A stretch of 64,000 bases of DNA, taken from a virus. The notes under the pieces were generated by a model that saw only the letters and a program-made list of their open reading frames with translations, was not told the origin of the DNA and searched no databases. Position numbers and translations under genes: made by a program. The stretch lies in IMG/VR virus record IMGVR_UViG_3300028920_000055, positions 26,052 through 90,051 of that record; one strand, written 5' to 3'. Of the stretch, positions 20,421-29,733 are shown piece after piece (the first letter of the stretch is position 1; every line of letters begins with the position of its first letter).

Positions 20421-21675
20421 GATATATTACAACGAAATGAAACCGGATGGCGACAAAAATTTTGTGGATAAAAATGCCGAACCAGTTAAAAGCAAAATTT
20501 TTGTTCAAAACGAATGGGTTGTTTCTCCATCTTCTACAAGGGATGTAATTGAAAAATTTCAATCTGTTATGATAGGAACAAAAGTAAAAAGTTTGAGACA
20601 AGTAATGGAAGAAAATGATAATCCCGATATGCCCTTTCAGGGATGGAGAGTAAATGTGGTGACTTGGGCGGATGTCGATAGCCGCACATATATGTGTTGG
20701 GGAGATTATTGGGTAAAGAAACAAATGGAAAATCATTTAAAGAAAATGGGATGTGTACTTAATGTTGGTCTTGAAGAAGCTGATGTATCGATATACCTTT
20801 TTGGATCCCCTTTTAATTACCGACCTGTTAGACCCTATCAATACAATCCTCTTTCCTACAATGTAGTTTGGTTTTATAGCCATCCTGACAAGATGAATGT
20901 CACAGAATCTGCTAAATACGATTATTTGTTTTGTCTTTCGGAGCCTTATATCGAAAAAATAAAAAAACAACACTTTAATGTACACCCTGAACCACTGCTT
21001 TCTTGTACGGATTTTAAACAGCCAGATGTAATTAAATATGGTGAACATCGAGATATTGTTATGGTCGCTAATGCTCGTGGAGCCGGTGCTCCTTATGGGC
21101 GTCAAATTGTAAAATTGTTAACTAACATTAATTTAAAAGGATTGAAAGTAAGTGTTTGGGGGCATAAATGGAATGATAGTAAGAAATATCATAAATTTCC
21201 ATCTAAATGGTATAAAGGTCAATATTGGGACTATAATCAGTTGCCGGAGCTTTATAGAGGGGCCAAAGCTGTTCTTATAGACGGTCACACTGACATGGAA
21301 CGTGAAGGCTTTGTTCCTATGAAATTGTTTGATATATTCGCTTCTGGTGGATTACCTATCATACATAAAAATCCCGGTATAAAAAAGATATTTGGTGATT
21401 ATGTTCTTCAATATCGTGACGAGGAATCTTTACATCAATGCATTACAATTCTTTCCAATAAAGAGAAGTGTTTAAGAATCATTAAAAGGGGGCAAAAGAT
21501 TGCTTTGCAACATACATTTAAAGATCGAGTAAATACTATTATGAATACAATACGAGATAATGTAGTAAAATCTGATGCTCTAAGAGGGGATTCGAGAGCA
21601 ATGATATTTAGAAGTTCGAAGACAAGTACTGTTAAAAGAACAGGCAAAATAGAATGGGTAGGAAATGTCGATTAA
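20410..21675 (+). CDS. GT-B glycosyltransferase (CgeB/Glyco_trans_1_2-like)
   Basis: WGHKW, LPELYRGAK, MKLFDIFASG, HTFKDRV. Confidence 0.85.
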   Translation: MKDKIYYNEMKPDGDKNFVDKNAEPVKSKIFVQNEWVVSPSSTRDVIEKFQSVMIGTKVKSLRQVMEENDNPDMPFQGWRVNVVTWADVDSRTYMCWGDYWVKKQMENHLKKMGCVLNVGLEEADVSIYLFGSPFNYRPVRPYQYNPLSYNVVWFYSHPDKMNVTESAKYDYLFCLSEPYIEKIKKQHFNVHPEPLLSCTDFKQPDVIKYGEHRDIVMVANARGAGAPYGRQIVKLLTNINLKGLKVSVWGHKWNDSKKYHKFPSKWYKGQYWDYNQLPELYRGAKAVLIDGHTDMEREGFVPMKLFDIFASGGLPIIHKNPGIKKIFGDYVLQYRDEESLHQCITILSNKEKCLRIIKRGQKIALQHTFKDRVNTIMNTIRDNVVKSDALRGDSRAMIFRSSKTSTVKRTGKIEWVGNVD

Positions 21676-22414
21676 GCACGTAAAATATGAAGCCTTGATA
21701 ATCACTTATAACAGATTGAAATATCTAACACAATGTATCGAATCTCTTAATAAACAATCTGTTAGAGTGATGATAAATGTGTGGGATAACGGTTCCGCTG
21801 ATGGAACGAAAAAGTGGATTAAACAAAATATATCCAAATTGAATGGCGGAGATTTTTTTGATAATGGGAGAAATGTTGGAACAGCAGACGCGAGAAATAT
21901 TGGTCTTTCGAGACTTCAATCAGATATTGTATTATTAACAGACGATGATATGTGGTATCCAAGAGATTTTATGGAAGCCGCTTATGGAGTGTTCGAAGTA
22001 AAAGACGATGCAGGTGTAGTTACCGCCTACAATCCTCATACAGAGGCTCGATATAAGAAAAAATTTCTTAAAATGAGAACACACGAAGCTGATATATATA
22101 TGATTGATTTGATACAATCTTGTCCACCTGGATGTTGGGTTTGTGACAGAGAATTAATATTAAGTTGTGGAGGATTCTTTTTACCCAAAGGAAAGTTAAT
22201 GGGTTATTCTTCAAGATTTTTGGTAAGAAGCATATATGGCGAGGGAAAGAAATTTTATGGTATTTATAAATACAAAGGAAAGCCGATGAAAGTGGAGCAT
22301 ATGGATACTCTTAGCAATAAAAGATCACATTTGTTATATTATAAGGATATAGGATATGTAGATTTTAGATTGAGACAGAAGTATGGAAGTAAATACAAAA
22401 GTAGAAAGAAATGA
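21665..22414 (+). CDS. Glycosyltransferase family 2
   Basis: TYNR, DNGSADGT, NVG.ADARN.GL, DDD. Confidence 0.9.
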   Translation: MSIKHVKYEALIITYNRLKYLTQCIESLNKQSVRVMINVWDNGSADGTKKWIKQNISKLNGGDFFDNGRNVGTADARNIGLSRLQSDIVLLTDDDMWYPRDFMEAAYGVFEVKDDAGVVTAYNPHTEARYKKKFLKMRTHEADIYMIDLIQSCPPGCWVCDRELILSCGGFFLPKGKLMGYSSRFLVRSIYGEGKKFYGIYKYKGKPMKVEHMDTLSNKRSHLLYYKDIGYVDFRLRQKYGSKYKSRKK

Positions 22415-22415
22415 T

Positions 22416-23387
22416 ATGAGAATTTTATACGCAGGTACATTTACTGGTTTTTGGGTTTCAGATCACCATAGAGCAAATTCTTTCAAGAAGTATTTTGATA
22501 GAGTTGTTCAATTCGATTATCGCACTGTCGGCAAAGGTGATAATCTAAAGATGTGTTCTATTTTACACCAATCTATAGGAAGCCTTAATCCTCATGTTTT
22601 ATTTGTAAACAAAGGTGAACAAATTATACCGAATACTTTACATAGAATTAAATTGAATTTTCCCAATACCTTTATTGTAGCCTTTAACGGTGATCAAAGG
22701 GGAAAGGCTTCAAATATGACCGCAGCATTGGGAAGGGTTGCAGATGGTATTCTTATAAACAACCAACACGAGCCTCAATGGAAAGAATATAAAGATATGG
22801 GGGTTAGAGCGATATATGAATATCATACAGCTTCTGATCCCTCTGTGTTTAAACCAATAAGAGGAATCGATAAAAAATTCGATATAGTTTTTGTCGGTGG
22901 AAATTATGGAGATAAGTTTCCGCTAAGTAAATTTAGATTAAATTGTATAAGAGAGTTGGCTAAGGATTTTAAAGTTGCTATTTCCGGCACAACTAATTGG
23001 AGAAATGTACCTGGTATTCATTTTCTTGGCCGCAATTATGATGTAAAATTTTCAGAAATTGCTGCACAAGCTCGATGTATACTTGGAGTAAATGCTTTCG
23101 ATAATGTAAATCATTATACAAGCAATCGAACTTGGAATAGTATGGCTTGTGGAAGGCCATATGTTTGTCATTATTATCAAGGGGCTGAACATTTTTTTGA
23201 TGATAAGAAAAACATATTGTTTTTTAGGAATATAGATGATTTAAAGCAAATTGTAAGTTGGATAAAAGCGAATGAGAAGCAAGCTGACCAGATTGGAGCG
23301 GCTGGAAGAAAATTGATTCAAACCCAACATACTTACGATCATAGAACTGAACAATTATTAAGGATATATGAACAATGGAAAAAATGA
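22416..23387 (+). CDS. GT-B glycosyltransferase (CgeB-like)
   Basis: FDIVFVG, SNRTWNSMACG, HTYDHR. Confidence 0.85.
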   Translation: MRILYAGTFTGFWVSDHHRANSFKKYFDRVVQFDYRTVGKGDNLKMCSILHQSIGSLNPHVLFVNKGEQIIPNTLHRIKLNFPNTFIVAFNGDQRGKASNMTAALGRVADGILINNQHEPQWKEYKDMGVRAIYEYHTASDPSVFKPIRGIDKKFDIVFVGGNYGDKFPLSKFRLNCIRELAKDFKVAISGTTNWRNVPGIHFLGRNYDVKFSEIAAQARCILGVNAFDNVNHYTSNRTWNSMACGRPYVCHYYQGAEHFFDDKKNILFFRNIDDLKQIVSWIKANEKQADQIGAAGRKLIQTQHTYDHRTEQLLRIYEQWKK

Positions 23388-24112
23388 TTGACTTTTTTGT
23401 ACTTACTTATAATCGATTAAAATATCTTAACCAGTGTGTTCGATCTGTAGTAGATCAAACAGTTGATATTAGGATTAATGTGTGGAATAATGGGTCTACA
23501 GATGAAACTACCGAATGGTTAATTAACCATTCGGAATTGCTAAATAGGGGACTACTTTTCAACAGTCCCGTTAATTTGGGAGTTGCAGATGCTCGTAATG
23601 TCATGATCGATTTAATAGATGCTAATTGGATATTTATTAGTGATGATGATATGTGGTATGATACTAATTGTATGAAGTATAATTGGGAAATGTTACAAGC
23701 CTATGAAAATAAGTTTGGAAAATCTAAAATTGGTTTTGTTGGCTTGAACATGCCTTGGAGAAGAAGTAAATATGATGATGAAATATTTATTAAAAAAGTA
23801 AATGTTGATAAATTCGAAATACACGAAGTTAGAACAACTCCACCCAATGCTTGGCTTATTAATAAAAAGGCTCTTTTTAAAATGGGCGGGTTTAAATTGC
23901 CGCCAAATCGATTGATGGGATATACAGCTTTTCATTTGCCAAATCAGTTAAGACAAAATGGTTACAAGGTGATTAGACTCGATAAAGTGAATGGAAAATT
24001 ATACAACGGTTGCGAACATACTGATAATATAGGTCACGAAAAAGGATTTAGAGATCATTACGAGGAATACAATGAGTGGAGATCCAAAGAAAAAAGATTG
24101 CCCACTGCCTGA
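23375..24112 (+). CDS. Glycosyltransferase family 2
   Basis: TYNR, NNGSTDET, NLGVADARN, DDD. Confidence 0.9.
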   Translation: MEKMIDFFVLTYNRLKYLNQCVRSVVDQTVDIRINVWNNGSTDETTEWLINHSELLNRGLLFNSPVNLGVADARNVMIDLIDANWIFISDDDMWYDTNCMKYNWEMLQAYENKFGKSKIGFVGLNMPWRRSKYDDEIFIKKVNVDKFEIHEVRTTPPNAWLINKKALFKMGGFKLPPNRLMGYTAFHLPNQLRQNGYKVIRLDKVNGKLYNGCEHTDNIGHEKGFRDHYEEYNEWRSKEKRLPTA

Positions 24113-24791
24113 TGCTGTAGAGTTAAAAAATCTTGCAAAAAGGTATAAAACAGATAAAGTCAGGCATGGATTTATACCAATTTATTCCAGTTATTTAAAG
24201 TCATTCCGTCAAAAGGCTAAATTTGTAATTGAAATTGGAATAAAATATGGTGCCTCTTTAAAGATGTGGCACGATTATTTCCCTAAAGCCACTATCGTAG
24301 GCATTGATAATATGGTAAAACACGATCCATCTATTTGGGCTAAATCAGAATTTGAATCAAGAGTGATTGTTTGGAAAGCAGATCAATCAAATCCAAAAGA
24401 CTTGAGCCGGTTTATTTATCAATCTCAAGGGATGATGGGAAAGGTTGATCTGATTGTTGATGATGGTAGCCACAAGATGTACGATCAACAGCTAACGCTG
24501 GCTAAATTGTTTGTAATGCTAAGGCCAGGCGGAATATATGTAATAGAGGATTTGGATACATCTTTGGCAGGTGGTCCAAAAAATAAATTTGGGATAATAA
24601 AAGATGACCAAGATACCACATTACGTGTACTTGAAAGGGCCAGAATTAAAAAGAAGATACAAGTTACATCTCGTCACTTGGCTAATTTGGAAGTTAATAG
24701 GATTTATCTTTGTAAGCATATTGCTGGTATTGACATTTATCGCTTACATGATTGCAGGAATATTATTGCTTTTATTAGGAAAATCAAATGA
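24072..24791 (+). CDS. Class I SAM-dependent sugar O-methyltransferase (MycE/TylE-like)
   Basis: TDK..HG, IEIG..YGASLKMW.DYFP.A.IVGID, IVDDGSH, GGIYVIED. Confidence 0.85.
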   Translation: MSGDPKKKDCPLPDAVELKNLAKRYKTDKVRHGFIPIYSSYLKSFRQKAKFVIEIGIKYGASLKMWHDYFPKATIVGIDNMVKHDPSIWAKSEFESRVIVWKADQSNPKDLSRFIYQSQGMMGKVDLIVDDGSHKMYDQQLTLAKLFVMLRPGGIYVIEDLDTSLAGGPKNKFGIIKDDQDTTLRVLERARIKKKIQVTSRHLANLEVNRIYLCKHIAGIDIYRLHDCRNIIAFIRKIK

Positions 24792-25513
24792 ATCTTGAAG
24801 AAATTACAACAGCCGTTATTACCTATAACAGACCACTTTGTGTAGGCAATTTTTTAAAATCCGCTCGCAAGCATCTTGACGATATGCCAGTGTTGGTAAT
24901 AGATGGTTCGAGCGAGATAGGTGATGGATGTATTACTTTCGATTCCGCAATATTTACACATAATAGACCATTATCAATCAATCTCAATAACGCTATCTTG
25001 TTCTCTCGAACAAGATATGTAATGATTTGCAATGACGATATTTATTTCAAAGATGGAATCATGCCTTTTTTGTTTAAGTTAAACGGGGCAGGATTGCATA
25101 TCTTGAGCAATTGGAGCTGTTTTGTAATAGATAAAGCAATTATTCCTACAGTTGGTTGGTTTGATCCAAGATTAGAGTCAGCAGGATACGATGGGAAAGA
25201 TTACGGTTCCAGAATGAAAATCTGTGGAATCGAAATGAAAAGGTATGATTGTAGAGAGTTTATACATCACGATCAGTATACAAGAAGGAAACATTATAAA
25301 TCAGTAAGATGGAATTATCGTCAATCTTTTGATTTTTTTAGAAAAAAGTGGGATGTAGTAAATAGTAAAACTACTGTGAATAGTAAAACTACTGTGAATT
25401 TAAAAAAGTTAAGTGGTGCTAAGTTGAAGCAGATGAAGAAAATGGATGATCCTGATTGGTATCCTTATTATACAGAATTATACAGGAAAGGTATCTGGTC
25501 AGATGAAATCTAA
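24788..25513 (+). CDS. Glycosyltransferase family 2
   Basis: ITYNRP, IDGS, CNDD, VGWFD.R. Confidence 0.8.
   Translation: MNLEEITTAVITYNRPLCVGNFLKSARKHLDDMPVLVIDGSSEIGDGCITFDSAIFTHNRPLSINLNNAILFSRTRYVMICNDDIYFKDGIMPFLFKLNGAGLHILSNWSCFVIDKAIIPTVGWFDPRLESAGYDGKDYGSRMKICGIEMKRYDCREFIHHDQYTRRKHYKSVRWNYRQSFDFFRKKWDVVNSKTTVNSKTTVNLKKLSGAKLKQMKKMDDPDWYPYYTELYRKGIWSDEI
25361..25399 (+). repeat. Perfect in-frame 18-bp tandem duplication (NSKTTV x2)
   Basis: AATAGTAAAACTACTGTG at 25361-25378 and 25379-25396. Confidence 0.95.
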
Positions 25514-26306
25514 TGCAGAACTTACAGTTGCACTGGCCTTGTTCAAGGGAAAAGAGATTTCCTGGCTTGGTATGGAATCTTTATGTAATCAAGTTACAAT
25601 TCCTGCTTCTTGGGAATTGCTGATAGCAGAAGAACAGTGCTCTGGAAGAACAGGAGCTGATGAAATCTTAAAATATCACAAGCGATTAAGGGAAATTGGT
25701 TGTGAAAGAATTGAATATTATCCCCTTACGAAAACTATGGGATTGGTAAATAAGTTTGTATTTTTAGCCAGTAACGCTGCAGAGACTTCAAAAATGTTTT
25801 TACTTTGGGCACAGGATGATTATTATGTGTCTACAAGGATAAGAGAAACTTATGATGCTATGATGTCTTATCCTTATCATATGTATACAAGAGATAACAA
25901 TTTCGATTATAGTTTTGCAACAGGAAATTTAACTTACAGACATTATAACAATAGGATTTTCAGACCTTACATTGAATTGGCTTATCGTCCACACGCTTTA
26001 AAAAGAATTATTTTAACAGGCGATGCAAGGCGGAGAAGTCATTCAGATATGACTCTGTTTAAATTGTATCAAGAAGTCGTCAAGAAGAAAAAGATTACAA
26101 GATTTATAAACACATTGCCCAATAATTCTGTTTATACTACAGGATTTAATTATTATAACAAGCCAAGAATTAAAAAATTGAAGCCAAGTAAAATGTTTCA
26201 ATATACAGAAGCTATATTGGAAGATGTTGTACCTGTAGATATAGCTATGAGACTTAGAGAATTAAAAAAGGTGTATGATGAAAGAACGCAAAAATATCAA
26301 CACTGA
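25503..26306 (+). CDS. Divergent GT-A glycosyltransferase
   Basis: LTVAL..F, MESLCNQ...WELLIAE, AQDD.Y...RI. Confidence 0.7.
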   Translation: MKSNAELTVALALFKGKEISWLGMESLCNQVTIPASWELLIAEEQCSGRTGADEILKYHKRLREIGCERIEYYPLTKTMGLVNKFVFLASNAAETSKMFLLWAQDDYYVSTRIRETYDAMMSYPYHMYTRDNNFDYSFATGNLTYRHYNNRIFRPYIELAYRPHALKRIILTGDARRRSHSDMTLFKLYQEVVKKKKITRFINTLPNNSVYTTGFNYYNKPRIKKLKPSKMFQYTEAILEDVVPVDIAMRLRELKKVYDERTQKYQH

Positions 26307-26943
26307 AACTTATTGGGACGGAAAGTATTCCAGAAATTATTGGAGTAATCCCAATAATTTGGTAAAAGGTGCACACAAGCCTCTTTATGAAAAAGTTGTA
26401 GACATAATATTCGAGGTGCGTCATGATTATATTGTGGACTTGGGGGCCGGAATTGGTCCAGTCCCATTTTTACTATCAAAACGGGGTTTTGATTTTAATA
26501 AAAGAATATACATATGCGTGGATCAGTCAACCGTTGGACTTGATAGGGCTAAAAAATTCAGTCCCTCAGTGAAAGTATTGCCCGCCAAAGTTGATGAGCC
26601 TATTACTCAGCTTGAGAAAAGCAAAGCTGATCTTGTAATATGTTGCGAAGTGCTTGAACATTTAACCAATCCAATAAATGCTTTAAAAAATGCTTATGAA
26701 CTTGTGAGCGATACAGGATTGGTTGTAGTTTCTGTTCCTCACGGAATAAGCAAGCATCAAGAACACGTACACTGGAGCATAAGGCAGGATTTGTTGGAGC
26801 GTTTTCATGAAGCGGTTGGGCTCAATGTTTATGGGGTTACAATCGCAGATCGCTGGCGAGTTGTAAAAAGCAGAAGAATGTGGAGGAAGAAAAATGTCGA
26901 GCATCCAACAGTTCAGAAAGCCGATCTTTGTATTTCAGACTAA
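26275..26943 (+). CDS. Class I SAM-dependent methyltransferase
   Basis: VDLGAGIG, VDQS, DLVICCEVLEHL, VSVP. Confidence 0.9.
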   Translation: MMKERKNINTETYWDGKYSRNYWSNPNNLVKGAHKPLYEKVVDIIFEVRHDYIVDLGAGIGPVPFLLSKRGFDFNKRIYICVDQSTVGLDRAKKFSPSVKVLPAKVDEPITQLEKSKADLVICCEVLEHLTNPINALKNAYELVSDTGLVVVSVPHGISKHQEHVHWSIRQDLLERFHEAVGLNVYGVTIADRWRVVKSRRMWRKKNVEHPTVQKADLCISD

Positions 26944-28084
26944 GATCGAAAAAGATAAAGTATTGGCTACAATATCTGATTCAATTGATAAAGGTTGGAT
27001 TGGACTCGGTAAGGTAACTGAAGCGTTCGAGCGAGAATTTGCTGAATATGTTGGAGCAAAGTATGCGGTTGGTTTGAATAGTGCCACAGCTGGACTCCAT
27101 CTTGCTCTTATTTTAGCCGGAGTAAAAAAACACCAGCAGGTTATAACTACACCAATGACTTTTGTTTCAACCAATGCTGCTATTCTTTATGTAGACGCGA
27201 ATCCCTTTTTTGTAGATGTTGGTGAATATTTACATATAAAAATCGATGATATACTTAATCCCGAAATAAGTCCAAACAGTGCTAAAGCTATAATGTTAGT
27301 ACATTTCGGCGGGATTCCTATTGAAAAGAAAAAAATTATACAGCTTCAGAATAATTGTCCCCATACAGCTATTATACAAGATTGCGCTCATGCTACAGGG
27401 GCGAAATTTGAAGATGGATCGATGGTAGGAAGTTTTGGAGATTATAACATCTTTTCGTTCCATGCTGTAAAAAATTTACCATCACCTGATGGCGGAATGT
27501 TGGTAACTAACGATGCATCTATTGCCGCAGAAGCAAAAAAGTTGAGGTGGATGGGTATCGATAAAGATACGGCTTCAAGAACGCACCATCTACACAACGT
27601 TGGATATAGCTGGTATTATAATGTTGGGAAGCTCGGATATAAATATCACATGAACGATATAACTGCTGCATTTGGATTAGCTGGACTCGATACAATCAAT
27701 AGAGATAATGACCGGCGCGGAGAAATTCGACAGGCTTATTATGACAAAATAGACAAAAATTATGCCAAGTTGGTAATGGCAGATACTAATGTAAAGTCTG
27801 CTAATCATATGGCTACATTAATACTAAGACAAGGTATTGATCGAAATACTCTTATCCAACGATTGAAAGATAATTGGAATATTCATCCTGGAGTACATTA
27901 TACTCCAAATAATTATTTTGAGCCGTTTTCTAATTATCCAGGCGGAACTATAATGGCTTGGAACGTATATAAACAGATTGTGACTTTGCCTTGTCATCTC
28001 GAAATGACCGATGAAGATGTGGCAAGAGTTATAACGGCGGTAAACTCTGAGATAGATAGAATATTAGAAAAATCACTACAATGA
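26894..28084 (+). CDS. DegT/DnrJ/EryC1/StrS NDP-sugar aminotransferase
   Basis: NSATAGLHLAL, TFVST, QDCAHA, FSFHAVKNL (PLP Lys), GYKYHM. Confidence 0.95.
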   Translation: MSSIQQFRKPIFVFQTKIEKDKVLATISDSIDKGWIGLGKVTEAFEREFAEYVGAKYAVGLNSATAGLHLALILAGVKKHQQVITTPMTFVSTNAAILYVDANPFFVDVGEYLHIKIDDILNPEISPNSAKAIMLVHFGGIPIEKKKIIQLQNNCPHTAIIQDCAHATGAKFEDGSMVGSFGDYNIFSFHAVKNLPSPDGGMLVTNDASIAAEAKKLRWMGIDKDTASRTHHLHNVGYSWYYNVGKLGYKYHMNDITAAFGLAGLDTINRDNDRRGEIRQAYYDKIDKNYAKLVMADTNVKSANHMATLILRQGIDRNTLIQRLKDNWNIHPGVHYTPNNYFEPFSNYPGGTIMAWNVYKQIVTLPCHLEMTDEDVARVITAVNSEIDRILEKSLQ

Positions 28085-28150
28085 AACCAATCATATTTGC
28101 TCTCTAAGAGCAAATTACCTTAAATTCATAGTAGGATACAGGAGGAAAAT

Positions 28151-28438
28151 ATGTCTACAATAAGAGGATTTTCGTTGGTGGAGCCGCCGAAGGCGGAGAG
28201 CTTCATAAAATATGTACACCACGGCATTAATATGTGGGTACGTAATGCCTTGAAAGGAAAGCATCGGTTGGTGTGTTGTTGCTATCATTGTGATAAATTT
28301 CATCCAGGCAAGGAGAACAATTGTCCAATAGCTCAAGCTCTTTATGAGTTTGATGTGGATAATAGTGTAACAACTCCTGTTTGGGAGTGCGAAGGTTTCG
28401 AATTTACCGATACGCCTGATGTGGAGGAAACAAAATGA
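28151..28438 (+). CDS. Small Cys-rich hypothetical protein
   Basis: AGGAGG RBS; CCCYHC...NCPIA...VWEC. Confidence 0.7.
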   Translation: MSTIRGFSLVEPPKAESFIKYVHHGINMWVRNALKGKHRLVCCCYHCDKFHPGKENNCPIAQALYEFDVDNSVTTPVWECEGFEFTDTPDVEETK

Positions 28439-28962
28439 GTAATTGTAAATACGACATCGTTCTGGTTCCTGTAAACAAAGATGTAGCTGGAGATTCTCAG
28501 TTTATTTACAACGTCAGGAACCATCCGGCCATCCGGAAAAATCTCATCAACGAAAGTGAAATTCCAATCTCGAAACACAATCAGTATTGGAGTAAACTCA
28601 TTCTCTCCAATGACGTTGTGCTCTATAAAATCGAAATGATGGATCCGATTACTCATCAATTCATCTCGGTTGGATATTGTGATACTAAAGTAATCGGTGA
28701 TGAGATGGAATTCGGTTGGAAGATTTTACCGGATTATCAAGGTCTTGGACTTGGCCGGAAAGCCGTTGAAGCTCTGCTCAACGCCAATGAAGGCTATATT
28801 CAGATCAAAGGCTTAACACCATCTTTGACAGTATTCGATGATAATTTTCCAGCCATTAAGTTATATCAATCTTTTGGTTTTGAAACAGTAGATCAAAAGA
28901 AATTGAAGAGACTTGATGGTACAATTCGTGTCCTTTTGAAGATGAAACTCACCTCTAATTAG
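28435..28962 (+). CDS. GNAT N-acetyltransferase (PseH-like)
   Basis: FIYNVRNHP.IR...I....H..YW; YQGLGLG acetyl-CoA loop; N.PAI.LYQSFGF. Confidence 0.85.
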   Translation: MSNCKYDIVLVPVNKDVAGDSQFIYNVRNHPAIRKNLINESEIPISKHNQYWSKLILSNDVVLYKIEMMDPITHQFISVGYCDTKVIGDEMEFGWKILPDYQGLGLGRKAVEALLNANEGYIQIKGLTPSLTVFDDNFPAIKLYQSFGFETVDQKKLKRLDGTIRVLLKMKLTSN

Positions 28963-29040
28963 AAAAGGATATTGGATATAATATAGTAAATTTGTAAAAT
29001 ATTTATTATATTATTCTTAGAGTAAACTTGAGGAACAAAA

Positions 29041-29733
29041 ATGGCAACTGGAGAATTAACAGCTTCTTATATCGATTGGGAAGATGCTTGTTATATGGTC
29101 GGGGCCGATCCTACGGCCATAGACAATATTAAGGATCCAATCATTCAATGGGTTGAAACGCTCGGTATTGAGTTGGAGCTTGGAAGAGACATCTCTACGG
29201 CATTTCAGGAAAATACTGTTAGCTCAAGTGATCCAGAGCTTCACAGTATTGAGCGCGATGATCAGGATACCCTTATAGCCAAGCATTTTCCTATCATAAG
29301 TGTAACTCGCCTGCGAGATAATATTCAAGCAAGCAATTCCAACAACATATTAACTCTAACGGAACATACTAATTTCGAGATCGAAAAAGAAACTGGACTC
29401 ATAAGGCTCACAGGCGAGTTACAAGACAGCAACCTGATGAAGAAAATCGAGTTCTTCACACAGGGTTATAATACAGTGGATCTGTGTTACGTGTGGGGAT
29501 TTACTTCAATTCCAAACGATGTAAAGGCTTTCGCTAATTTGATGGCTGCTGCTTTGTTGAGACAATACGATAAAATGGTAGCCAGTGGAGAATCTGCTGG
29601 ATTGAAGCGATTACAGATGGGCGATTATGAAGAAGAAGTGGGAGATATGTACAAGAACGCACAGAACGAGTTTATGGCATCTGTAAAGTTGTCTTCATAT
29701 CGGTTAAAGAGTAAATACGGAAATTATGTTTGA
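29041..29733 (+). CDS. Head-tail adaptor (SPP1 gp15-like)
   Basis: FP..SVT.L, GLIR, Y.WGF..IP.DVK.A, MGDY; first gene of the neck module. Confidence 0.75.
   Translation: MATGELTASYIDWEDACYMVGADPTAIDNIKDPIIQWVETLGIELELGRDISTAFQENTVSSSDPELHSIERDDQDTLIAKHFPIISVTRLRDNIQASNSNNILTLTEHTNFEIEKETGLIRLTGELQDSNLMKKIEFFTQGYNTVDLCYVWGFTSIPNDVKAFANLMAAALLRQYDKMVASGESAGLKRLQMGDYEEEVGDMYKNAQNEFMASVKLSSYRLKSKYGNYV

Noticed and set aside
18180-28962. Island as captured host O-antigen locus or assembly chimera
   Set aside because: No wzx/wzy/rml genes, the island is flanked by contiguous phage head and neck genes, and a paralogous GT2 lies elsewhere in the phage. Read mapping would settle it.
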